Below are positions 24,336-36,600 of a stretch of DNA of 64,000 bases, one piece after another (position 1 is the stretch's first letter; each line of letters opens with the position of its first letter). The DNA lies in assembly GCA_905178155.1 (NCBI GenBank), contig CAJINV010000003.1, positions 7,460,601 to 7,524,600 on the forward strand, given 5' to 3'. Both the position numbers and the translations under genes were made by a program. Below the pieces are notes generated by a model. The model was not told the origin of the DNA. It worked only from the letters and a program-made list of their open reading frames with translations, and made no database searches. Source of the stretch: Amoebophrya sp. A120 (Eukaryota > Protista > Dinoflagellata).

Positions 24336-26324
24336 TCAGTTCACCCGCACACTAACCCCAGACTTCCAGCTTACTGTCACGCTCTTGGGGGGCTTGTCAG
24401 AGACCTGCTCCTCTTCCGTAGTCTCCTCCTCTTCCCGCTCCTCCACCTGGGTAAAGCTCCCACACAACTGGTTCCCGTCGGGAAAGACCCAAACGCCTGC
24501 GGTCAAAGGGTCCAGAAGTTCAATGTCGTACTCTTACGCAAAGTGGTCAAAGCCTAACTCAATATCATGATCATCAATCCGAATTTTTATGCAGAGTCAC
24601 AACTTCGACGGCGACGTGGAGGTCAGTCCGAACGCCTTGCTAGTATGTTTCAGATGCTCATTTTTTCTCATGAACGTGAGCAGGCGCATCGAATCAATGA
24701 AGGACAATTGTACCACTTCCTATTGGCTGATTCCACTTGAAGGATCCCACGTACTTCACGCCGTTCAATAGTGTCCACGTTCCCTGCACAAACATCCCAT
24801 CGGCCCACCTCAGAAAAAGACAACAAGACCGATAGGTATCTCTACGTGTCACTTCTGCAGCTTGACATGAGAGATCAACAGCCGGCTCGTTATGAAAACA
24901 TTCAGGCTGTTGCTCTTAGCATGAACAGACGAGAACCAAAAGCAAAAACAATCAAATATTTAGAAGTACTTTCCTGATAAGGTAGACCCGTCCCGGGTGT
25001 ATCGGTACACACCCTTGCCGTGCTTCTTCCCGTTCTTCCAGGCGCCGGAATAGGTATCTCCATTCACGTACTTGAAAGTACCCCCGCCTTCCCGCTTGTT
25101 CTCGGCCCACCTTTGAGGAAGCGTCTAGCATTGATAAGAACAGTAATTCTACCTACTATGAAATATTTATACATGCAAGATCAAAAGTATTTTCTCGATT
25201 CACATCAGACTAATGTACATATTTCATTTTTCATAAAAACAATATTTATTACTCTCCGTGGTATTCACCCCCTCTCGCGGGTGCGGATTCCTCGTCTTCT
25301 CGCTATGAGAGTGCACAGCCGCCCCATCTACTACCTCAATTGTGATGCTGACGAGCCTCCGCTACCAAGCCCGATTAGCCGGGGAGGACACTACCACCTT
25401 TGTTTGTAATGCGAAACAAAGAAGTCGGCCATCAAGACGGGGCACTACGCCATAAATATGTCTCAAAACCGCACAACTCCTGGAGACAACACACTATCAA
25501 AACCAATCTGTATCTAACACATCATTGCATGACAAGCGGTAGTCGGGGACCTGTTACTAAGTAAAAACCGGCCTCCGGAACAGCACCAGAAAAGTGCGCT
25601 TCCAGAAAAGTGTGCTTGAATTAGGTTGGAAATGATGATCTGTTGTTGTTTCTTTTGCGGCCCATGTGCTTTAAATGAGGAGGAGGGCGAGTTGTGCACT
25701 CTCCTACTGGTGGTTCCGCGTATGCTGAACCGTAGCAAAATTTTCCCATACCGTTGCGCTTGTTTTCCAGGTATCCGCCAACATACCTTTTATTTTGTAT
25801 AAGAGGTCGCTGATGATTTAAATTTATTCGCTCCTCCGAGGCGGCAGCCAGAAAATAGAAATACTCAAAATCGCCGTCCTCCAAGAACTATTGAGACGAA
25901 AATAAATTCCGTTCCTTTGGCGCGGGGGTAACAAAAGGAGCAACAACGTGAGCACAAAGAAGAATCTTGTGGTCTTGCGCAATCTTCAGAAGATACGAAA
26001 AAGTGTGCTAGTACTTGTCGCCGTTGTTGGAGAAGGTGTAGGATCCGGTACCATCCCGCCTACCGGCCAAGAAGGTTCCATCGTAGATATCACCGTTCAA
26101 ATACCTTGTGTCGGTTCCAGAAACTTGAATGCAAACACGACACCCATATGAAAGGTAAAAAATATGATTGAGGAGAAGGCAACTGATGAACTTGTATCAA
26201 TTATCAGAAATCGAAGCCTGTACGTGGCCACTGCCGCACCGTCAAAATGCTTCGAAGTGTCCCTCACATCTCCATCCTCCTTTACACGGAGCTGATACTT
26301 GGGCTCCGTGTCTTCATCCGCCAT
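24336..26324 (-). CDS. MORN-repeat protein (radial-spoke-head-1-like)
   Basis: NGDIYDGTFLAGRRDGTGSYTFSNNGDKYVGGYLENKRNGMGKFCY...GGEYHG..WAENKREGGGTFKYVNGDTYSGAWKNGKKHGKGVYRY...GVWVFPDGNQLCGSF, followed by an acidic tail. Stop TGA at 24336. Confidence 0.8.
25304..25706. mobile_element. Introner (TATGAG family) in the MORN gene
   Basis: tatgagagtgcaca / tgtgcactctccta; degenerate TSD ctcgc/ctggt; restores AEPP|EDEES. Confidence 0.8.
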
Positions 26325-27720
26325 TTTGTTTCTGTACTAGAAAAAACGAAAACTACCCCAGGGCTAGGGCGTAAAAGTCAGCGTCTGGTTGTAAAAATTG
26401 ATGAAAGTCCGGGCAGTAAACACAGAAGAGTTGCCTCTATCTTTTCTAGTTTTTCCGAAGGTTCTCTCGAAGACAAGTCGGGAACTACGATCAACCGAGA
26501 AAAGGAGACTACTTTTGCGTAAACAATCGCGCAAACGACGTCGCCAATTTCTGGTCGGTTCCACGACTAGTGCCGATCTCGCACGATCAGATCACGAAGA
26601 AGACACGAGATGAAAACTCTTTTTCCTCTGGTCGCACTATAGTTTTACGCGTGGTGAATGATGATGATGTTGATGTTGAGCATGTGCCCACCTGTGGGGT
26701 CTATACCATACCCATAGGTAAATCGAGGTTGATTCCATTCACTCGATTTTTTTGTCGGATTCTTTGCTACTGTAGCTTGCACAGAACCGCCATATTAAAA
26801 CTTTCCTATCGAATTTGCACTCTGTCCCTATACAATCAAAATATCCCCGCTCCCCCTCTTTCGCAAAATGAAGTAAATCAATGTGCGCTCATTCTGTGCA
26901 CTCAAAAGCGTTTCTTCCAGGTCGAGACGCCAACTTTCGCCGCGACTAAGTGCTCAACATACGAAACCCTGATCGAACAAAACGATCCGAAACAGTCAGG
27001 AGTTGATGGTGCACGTTGATGTTGTGAGAACTTTGCAATTACTATGTATACTCTTGTAGCAAGCTAGAAAGAGGTCACCGTCACGAAGGCAGACTCAGAT
27101 CATACTCATACTCGCAAAGAAGCTTACCAAATACCACGGAAGGGCTAAATGAGCCGTCTGACAGGCTCTGGCATGTATACATAGTAGTTTCCAAAAAAAT
27201 AGTCACCGGGTCGCAAGCTATTTTTAACTCAAAGGATACGAGATTGCCGAGCGAATTCCATCCAGACTATGCAAAAACTGAGCCTTCCGAACCACGATTT
27301 ATTGACGGCACGCCAGCAAAAAAAAATACGTGAAACTTTCACTGTGCAATTACATAGATGCGCGGCTGGTAGAAGTCGCCCTCTTCTTCGCATGCAGAGT
27401 CGTGATCGTATCGGTCATGTAGTAGGATTCCGAAGGCAATTGAGCAGTGCGATGGCGGTCAATGGATCACCTCACTCGCGGACCGGGTCGGACGCGCCTC
27501 TGGAAACTGAGCGGCCGACTGTATGCTCTGATCCGCCCACATGCGCAGAGCCTGCGTTTGTTGATTTACAAATTGTTTACCATAGCGCTTCGAAGCAACC
27601 AGGTTAGTTAGAAGCATCCCGGCGGGGAGTAAGAATAAACCCTCACTTTCTCTCTTTCATCCCTACCCTTACCAGAAGACGCACAAACAATCGCCGAAAG
27701 CACGACGGAAAAGCTTTTTT

Positions 27721-28942
27721 CTACCCATCAGAATGAGACCGTTGAAGCAGGAAACCAATATCTGGTATAATACGTATGTGCTTTTTCATCACCGACTGCT
27801 GTTGCCCCACTTGTTGTCCCGAAGTCTGTGACCCCGGGCGACTGCTAGGTTGCTGCTGCGTGCTGCCCGGGACGGTAGTCATAGCTGCCGTCGTGCTGGC
27901 GACGACGCCTGGTCTGCCAAGTGTAGGCCGTGGTGCGGGCCGCTGCGACCCGTACGCGGCGGCGGCTCCTACGTGATGGTTCTTCCAGTTGGTAGCTGCG
28001 CGTGCCGCCGCGCCTCCCCCTCCTCCTCGCCCGGCCTGATCCGCCGCGAGCAGTTGGCGATACTGCAGCAACATGTCTACAAGTTTCTCCGAAAGCGGAA
28101 CCTCAAGGGTGACCCCAACATTCAGTGTCGCAGCTGCACCCTGCTCGTGTTGGCAGCTCACAGGTGCGTCCCCGCCACGGCTTGTCCTGGTCCCCGCTTC
28201 GCATTGTTCCGTCATGTTCATCGCGATAGAGTTCTTTGCGTCCTCCGAAGTTGATCTGCTGGGGCCGTCTTGTTCCTTATCTCCTGCGGCACCGCCATTC
28301 TTGGCAGAGGTTGTAGCCGATGCACTCGCTTCAGTTTTATTGGGCCCTACCCCCGCGGACGCGGGAGACTCGTCATTGTGTGGGGGGCCGCGGTCGGTGC
28401 TGGTGCTGGCACAACCGGTGGTGTGAATATCGATGCAGCTGCGAACATCCCGCAGCTTCAAGGGAATAGAGAAAGGTACACCCATTAACGCTGCTGGGGA
28501 AGTCGCTCGAGGAGGGCGACTAGAGGTAGACTGGTGCATCTTTCAAAAAAATAAGCACAGAAGTTCTTGACAGGATTCAAGCTTTCGATGGCGTCTCCTG
28601 CATGACTTACAACACTGGATGGTGGTGTTCTCGAGTCACTGACTCTGCGGGTGTCCGTATAAATGATTTTAAACCTCTTATATATACAATATTGATTCCT
28701 CGAGTGGATGAAAACTGCTTGCTTAATACTCCAGCACTTCGATATTGTGTACCAGTATGCTGCTCTCAGTTGCTTACCTATCGATCCTCTCGCGAAAATG
28801 GCCGGGGGCACTACGCGGATGCTCTTGTACTTACTCTACTTATCACACAACCGCAGGCAAAGAAGAACGCGTCCTGTTGTTTCCCAGATGGCAACTTTTT
28901 TGAAAGGGCGCATCCACTTCAAAACCGCCAATCGCACCAACT
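27721..28942 (-). CDS. Low-complexity hypothetical protein exon(s); possibly a C-terminal extension of the CDK gene
   Basis: 272-aa minus ORF rich in S/T/A/G/Q; can be joined upstream across the inverted-repeat element at 28539-28907. Confidence 0.4.
28539..28907. mobile_element. Possible introner with non-TAT ends
   Basis: ctttcaaaaaa / ttttttgaaag inverted repeat; flanks gtgca/gcgca; removal gives the open frame KWMR|QSTSS. Confidence 0.45.
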
Positions 28943-29188
28943 ATAGTCTTGTCTGTATAAAATCGCATTAGTCCTACGCTCACATTCATGTCCACGTGCA
29001 ATCGCAACCGCAAGGCCTTTGTTGCGTTGCAAATTATTCCACACGAAATAGAAGGCACTGCGAGCTTACTCTGGTTGGTGTTGGTCGGTGCATTCTTACA
29101 AAAAATATGAGAATCAAGGAGACATCTGGATGGAAAAAATCAACACATTTAAGAGGCGTACGTGCTAGCGCACGAGGTCGCCTTGTTA

Positions 29189-32098
29189 CTAGCTGTCTGT
29201 GAAAAACGGGTGACAGAGAGCCCGTTTTGCCGTTAGACGCCTCGCCTATCCCGAGTAAAACCGTCCGCACCCCAAACGTGTCATACAAATCTGCAAGCCT
29301 CAAATGTTTCTCATGCACAGGGTAAAATAAATGAGTAGCATTTTCTAACGCCGTCAGGCAGTTTCTTCTTGGCGCGCGAGAATAAGTATATCGGTCTGCG
29401 CTGCAGCTGCACTAGTTCCACATGATTACACTGCGAGCCCAAACCTGACTTCATGCGCGACAGCCGAAACTCGTTGGCTTGTGAGGAAGCGTTCGCATCT
29501 GGACTCTGGGGCGGGGACGTTTTTACAGAGGATATCGCTGGATCGTATTTCATCAGGTGCTCGAGGAGGTCACAGCAGGATAGCCCGACCTGGGGAAAAT
29601 CAAGTTGTCCTATGCTTCTTGGCATGCACCAGTGTATCGGTTAGGCAATGACCGACTGCCGACAAAAATTTTTAACAAGTACGTATACATCTTCGTAGGC
29701 AGCAAAGCCACAGCGGTCTTTTTACCTTTCCTGCGAACGAACGAGCAGGAGAAGCTGAATCTGAAACAATCATTAAAACGCACCCATCGAGTGAAACCGG
29801 TGAGCCGGCGAAGTAAAAAAATGTATCGATGCTCAGCAGAACAAAAATACGCAAAACTCTGATGTTGAAGTACCTTCGACCCAAGCTCCCGAATATCAGG
29901 CCAGAGCTTTTTTCGCCACCTCGGGAACGTGTCTTGCTTGAAATCCTTCAGGTGCTCGAGTCCCGGCCATTCTTGAAAACTTGGCGTGCCCAGCTTCTGA
30001 AAAATCTTGAATATCGTATCGATCTCGCAATCCCCTGTAAAGTAGAGTGTGTGATGTGCCGTCAAGTGCGTACAAGAGATCGATACTCTTTTTGCAGGCT
30101 ATAAATTTGCACAGCTGATTACTTTAAACATAATGAGACGTCCAGGAGGGCAATTCGAATCTGTTCGATCGAATGTGTAGAGTGCCTATAAAAATATCCC
30201 TCCGCGAGTATTCGACCCAAGCGTAAGCTCAAGCTGCCAATGCTGCCACATCATTAGGTACATCAAAATCAGAACAGTACAGAAATACAAAATCAAAAAG
30301 ACACTTATAAAAGTCAATACCCATAAATAGAGCGGCACCGCAGCCCATTTCGCCAAGACGCTTATGCAACGGCAAAAACGCAACATCTCAGTTTCAATGC
30401 AGTTTATTTCTGAACGTACTTTGTTCTTTTTACAACTACTTTCATTGCATTTATTTCGGAGAAGAGAGCGGAATCCGGATCGTGTAATTGAGGCATGCTG
30501 TTCAAAAATCGATGGTTGGTGTGCAGCCACTTCATCTTCGACACAAATGCACGCGTTGCGAGACAACCCAGTGACTACGTCGTGATTGCGCTGTTGTTCG
30601 TTCCTCGGCGTAAATGCATCCAGTACTCCAAATATCGACTGGGAGCGCATACTCTTGCTGTCCAAGCAAGATCTCTGGCGCTCGATACCTGGATATGCAG
30701 CGAAAAAGCAGTGCAAATGCAGGCGACGACGCCACAGAGCATGACTACGTGGCACGCGTTTTTCTGTGTTTTGCCGCTTGCATTTCAAAGTAAGCTTCGA
30801 GACCAAGAAAAAAAGAACAAGCGATCGAATCAGAGCCAAACGAAACTTGATATTGTTTGTATGTAGCTGCGAACATAATAAAAATCTTCTCTACCAGACG
30901 GTGACCACCTCGTGGGTGTATTTCGGTATTGGCAGCGTGAAAGCCCGCGCGAGACCGAAATCAGCGATTTTGAGTATTGGTGGGTTATCCACTGTGACGA
31001 GCAGATTCTGTGGCTTCAAATCACGATGGAGGATCCGATGGTTGTGGCAAAAGTCCAGGCCCGACAGGAGCTGGTATCCAAAATCCCGTACCTGACGCGA
31101 ACTCAACGCTCCCCCGTTTTTCTTCATGAACTTCTTCAGGTCGGACTCCACAAACTCAAATACCAGCATCACCTGCAAGGTCGTGTGTGTCGCGTGATTT
31201 AGAAGGTTTTTTTAGCTTTAGCGTTATCTGCTTTCATGACCTACTTCAGCAGTGTACAAACAGATGTTCTAGGTGACTCTACCACTGGCTAGTATACCTA
31301 GCCTGACAGATTTCGTGGGACGGAAGATCGCTTTTGCGCGCGCCTTGATCATTCTGGAGCGTCAAGTCCCTAAGTAGTAGAGCGGCCATGAAAAAGAAGG
31401 GTTGTATCTTTTAAATAAATACTCTTTTTACCTTCTTTTGCGTGCAGAAAACGTCGCGGAGGTGCACAACATTTTTGTGCGGAAGCTCCTTTAGTATACT
31501 GATCTCACGGATGGCTGTCGACGGTATGCCTTCCTCTTCGTCGTGGAGCTTCATCTTTTTCATCGCGAGGATTTCGTTCGTGACATTGTCTTTGACTTTG
31601 TACACCTCGCCATAGGTTCCTTCTCCCAGCAGCTTGACTTCCACTTTCTCGTACCTCGCACTCAGCATCCTGAGAAAAAACGTCCTCGTCCCACAGTTGT
31701 ACTATACCTACCTAGAAGCGCTACACAAGAAACCCGCAAGCTCCAGGAGACAAATTTGAGCCCGCAGCTTTGCTATCGCGGTCGGCGAAGGCTACCAAGG
31801 CACATAGATTGGAGCATGAAAACTTCTGAAACACAAGTAGGAACTGCCTCCCCCTTTCATGGAGTTGGAGAAGGAGATTGATCAGCCGCATGAGAAAGAT
31901 TCCGCGTGAAATGATTAGGATTAGCATGCAAATTTGCGTGACAAATCTGGGGTGTAGCTTTTGCTATTCATTGAAGATGTAGAACAACAAATCATAGCAC
32001 AGACAAAAGGATGTAAGGACGGGGACGTTTTTACCCAGGATACTGGGGCTTGCATCCCCACCAGCTCCCGCGCCGCTGCTGGCGCTGCTCGTCTCCAT
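29189..32098 (-). CDS. CDK1: Cyclin-dependent kinase, cdc2/CDK1-2 type (PSTAIRE)
   Basis: METSS...SPS|[97 protein letters not shown]|[14 protein letters not shown]. Confidence 0.93.
29247..29534. mobile_element. Introner (TATCC family) in CDK
   Basis: TSD tcgcc/tcgct; restores YDPA|RRLTAK. Confidence 0.88.
31666..32042. mobile_element. Introner (TATCC family) in the first exon of CDK
   Basis: catcctgagaaaaaacgtcctcgtcc / ggacggggacgtttttacccaggata; TSD ctcag/ctggg; joins the ATG at 32098 to the kinase frame. Confidence 0.82.
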
Positions 32099-33699
32099 TC
32101 ACGGGCTCCTTCGGGGCCACCGCGACGGGAACGCAGGTTTGTTCCTGCAGCAGACAACTGCAAGGATTTTTACTAGTTTCCTCCGCCAATTATATCAGCC
32201 GGCCACAGGAGTAGGAGATGACGCTTCGCGCAAGTACCAACTTCCACTAGTAGGAGGGGAATCGAATTCGAATGTCGACGCAGGAATTACATCATTCCGT
32301 GGTACTAGGAATTGTACGTGCGTGGAGACAGCAACACGTACACGTCTGCTACTGACCTTCGAGATAGGGGCGAATTCGTCTCGAGGAACAGGACCTCCTC
32401 ACCGAACGAGATCGAAACAATGAGCAGTGTATATCTACTTCCGCTGCCGGTGGTTATCTTGGTTTCTTCATCTCGTGTGGTTACCACAGGTGGGAGGTGA
32501 AGAACAATATCAAAAAAGTATAGTCAGCAGGTTGTAGCTTTGCTCTGTCGGAGCAACACAAGAAGACTTCGACGAGTCAAACGCAGTCTCCCTAGCAATG
32601 TTTCGGAGTCGCTATTATGGCTCCCCGAGGCGGGCTGAGCAAGAAGTTTGATAAATTCGAATGGAGCGGCCAATGAAGAGCGTCTCCCGTAGACGTAGTT
32701 CCGGCTATCAGCGGCTGCCTCTGCAATCACAACTAGAAGCTGCACCTTTGCTCACTATTTCTCCGCGGAAGTGCGTGTTGCGTACCGTCGATCTCCGTGG
32801 GTCTCTTAATTTTAAGTGAGATGGAGATTCTTGTTATCGTTGGTAGGATCTAGCTGGTCTTCGTGCGTGTCTTACAATGATCCGTGCGCGGGAGCCAGAG
32901 AGTCGTCGTCTGTGCTGCCGATCTACCCGGCGCGTCAAGATGCCGGTCTTGCTCTTGCACTTGCTCTCCGTCACCGTCTCCCACACACTGCATGTGCATT
33001 ATAGTCGTCCGGTCTAATTTCTGTCCGAGGTTCAGCAGCGAAAGAACATCGATCGTTTCGGTGCTGGATCTGGAATCATAAAGAACGTGGTACTATCATC
33101 CAATATACGACCTTCCTTCCCGTGTCTGCAGAAACAGAGGTGCTTGCAAAGAAACATGTAGACAGCCACAGATGATATGAACGCCTTTAATAAATATGAT
33201 GTTTTTTTTCCTGTGCAACTACTAGTAAGGCGGGGGCAGGGCGTCTTTGGATGCAAATGTTGAACTACAACTACTCAGATTGGGGGAAGCGATGGAAGCA
33301 ATAATTAAACTTACAAGTACAATTTGACTATTGTTCAGATACTTAATCCTACTTCTTGCTGGTGGAAAGCAACGAGAATAAGACGCACAAAAGTGTTTCA
33401 TCTCACTGAAACCAGACAACTACTCTTTCTCCTAGCGTGCAGGCCACCAGCACATGACAGGAGTAACTGGACGAAGTTAAAAACTAAACATTTTTTCCGT
33501 GGTCAGCAGCTTCTTTTTTCATCTCGTTCTCCTCTTCTCATCGGCAGAAGGCCTCACACAAAGCAGCGTTCGGACTTTTTTGTTTTTCGGCGCAATACTG
33601 CAAGTGCGACATATGCACAACATACCAACACAGGAGAATAACGACACTGCTAAAACTCACATTCTGACGGATGCAACCCGCAACAGGAAGACTCTGAGT

Positions 33700-35270
33700 G
33701 ACACTAATCCCAACGCTGACCACTTTATCTCACATCGCCGAGTGCGAGTCTTCCTACAACTCACTACACATTTATGTAAACTCGTCGACGAGGAATCGCG
33801 AGGAGACTTCAACCCTATCAAGAAGTTGAGGAGGTTCCAATCAACGTATTGTTTGCCAACAAGATGAGAAGTTTGTGATTGCGACCACTTGATGCCATCT
33901 CTTCCTGTTCCATACAAAATAATGTAGCATCGATAAGCGGTTTTGGTTTACGAACACCATAATTTCAAGACCCGGGCCGGGGCCATGGCGCTCGGCAGCA
34001 CACGCCGGAGCCATACATCCTTTACCAACCAAATGTGGCCTGAAGGCGAAAACCATTGACATCGAAGAAGAAGGCGAAAACCATTGACATCGAAGAAGTC
34101 AAGTACATGTATTTACCGACTTTACAACTACGAATGATCACAGAGAATTCCATTGTCATCAAGTGTGGAGCGATTGCAGTGCTCTCCCTTCTGCACCAAT
34201 TCATCCACAAATCCGTTTCGATCTCGGTCCCGCACCACAGCTGTAGTACGAAGAATATAAATCTCTGAAAGTAATATTAATCTATATTCAGATTTACCGA
34301 CGGACCTACATAAATTACAGAAAAACCGTAAGCAATTACTTACAAAACGGATCGGGGCTTCGGACATCCATCGGAAGCGTGTGGGTGTGGTCAGCACAAA
34401 AGTAATACTGAAATGCGAAAGGACAAAGCCTTCCTCCAGCAAGACATCTAGCATCTCGGCGGATCATTCTTTTGTGACACTGGCTTCCGTGCCTGTAGTC
34501 TAGTAGACTTTTTTCTCTAGATGAAAACGTGAGGAAGGCATCAATTCGTCAGATTTAAACAAATGAAATAAATGCTCTGCTAAAATCGGTCTAACTAACC
34601 TCATCCCGCGCCTCTTAAATAGCGCTGTATCTTTTATTCTCGGGCTTGACAAGGTTCTTGGCGGAAACGAAACAGGAGCACTCTACTAAGAATAGACTGT
34701 ATTCTCTGGTACTAGGGCAAGTAGAAGCAGTGTGCACCTATTCATCTTGGAGGGTTAAGAGACTGCATTTTCCGATGGGCTCAGCAACCATGTTCGTGTT
34801 CGTGTAGTGTAAAGTATACTTTGCTTTAGTTGTTGTTTTATGCGATGCTTACGGAGCCTTGGCTTTGGAATCGTGGTTGCACAGCGAAGCCTTTTTTCTA
34901 GCACCTCGGCAGAACGCAGGAGCGTGCGCACGAAGATGCAGACCGGTTTCTTTTTTCTCGATGCTGCCGGTGATCTCAGGAATGAAATCCCAAAAATCAA
35001 GGGTGTAAGTACTCGCAATCAAGAGCTGCACATTCCTGCCAGCCCATCATAATCTTCCGGCTCCGTAGTTATTGTGTCTCTTACAGCGACGTCGGAAAAG
35101 CAGGCAAAATCTCTTTGATGTTTCGACAATCAGAAGAGTCAGTTCGAATTTTTCTAGTTCCTGCTTGGGCAGCCCAGTGCGAGCCGTGGCGTAGGTGGCC
35201 TTGCTGTAAACCATGCAACGCTTCTAGGATTCTTCGAATAAGCAAGAGCAGTGCTGCCGCACCACCACCA
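33700..35270 (-). CDS. Possible fragmented gene, not resolved
   Basis: Short GC-richer minus-strand segments ending in GTAAG donors (about 34345 and 34853); no family recognised. Confidence 0.2.
34042..34097. repeat. Perfect 28-bp tandem duplication
   Basis: gaaggcgaaaaccattgacatcgaagaa, two copies. Confidence 0.9.
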
Positions 35271-36600
35271 GCTTCTGACGTTACAATAAATTTCTGTGTC
35301 AGTGGTTGTTGGCTGTTGCATGTCGCATTATTTTCTACAAGTCGCAAACACTTACGAAAATACAAAAACCGTCCTAATAAAAAATCGTGCTTTTTGTGGT
35401 GAGTTTTCGCTGTCGATTAATGCTGTACTGTTCGCAAGATGTTGAAACAAGATCAAGAACCAGAGCACGATTTACCTCTTTAAAATTACTTGTTTCGCGG
35501 ACTTCGATGAAACGTGGTGGTTGCTGTTTATTCTCCAACTTAATTTCCAGCCCAAGAAACTAGTTGTGAAAACGTCTGGCTCATTTATATGTATTCTTGC
35601 AAACCACTGCTAGGTACTACCAGGCTCTATTCTCCGGCCAAAACGAAAAGCTACAAGCTCTTAACTTACAGCAGAAAAAGAACTGGTACAAAACTTCTTC
35701 AGGGTCAAAATCTGTGTGCTTTACGAAGCGCTACGTTCTACGACGCGATTTCGAAATCGGACGCATGTTGCAGAGCAGAGATCTAGTATTTGGAAGCAGA
35801 GGCAAAAAAAATTTGGGAAAGTGCAACACCGACAGCTGCAGAGATGAGACGCACCTACGCTAGTACAACAGCAAAAGGCATCTACATCTAAATCGCAACA
35901 AAAATATCATCGAATCTATCGGCTTTATTACTTTTCTCATTGGATTTATGGTGTTCTTTAGATGTATTCCTGCGGCCCGACTTTGCACCACACGCACGCA
36001 GTCTTGGTATAGTAGATAGGTCTAGAACTCGGAGATGATGGGAATTACTATAAATAGGTGTTTTTGGCGTACCCAGGTACGCTGTAGGCTTCGTTAGATC
36101 TTACACGCTCATCTTCTGATATTGATGATTATAATCTGTTCGACTCTAAGTCTTAGATTGTCCCGCGATCTTCTGATATTAATGTGGAGGAAAGCCGAGA
36201 CGTCAGGTGGTTCTCCTCGTCTCTATGTATTTGCTAGTGTTTTTAACGTATCCAACGTGGAGGCACCATAGGGATGACCACAGCAACATGAAGTGCGTCT
36301 TGTGTGTGTCTCTGTGTGTGAAGAATGCCGCTCCAATCGAGTGCTCAGTGGTAGCAAGGGGATACTGGCGACGTCTTGTGGTTCAGCGATTCCATCAAAA
36401 ATGACGTCGATGCAGCTGGGGGTGCGCTGAAGGAAGACAGATTATCCCAGCAAAGCTCTCAGACCCAGTCAAAAGTTTAGATAAAGATACAGGACGCAGA
36501 AGATGAAGACATATACTACATGTGCGTAGTCTTTTTGTTTTTTCACGTGTTCTTGCGCCGCGGCGTCCTTCGTCGGCTTTACTCGCTTTTAATAAAATAC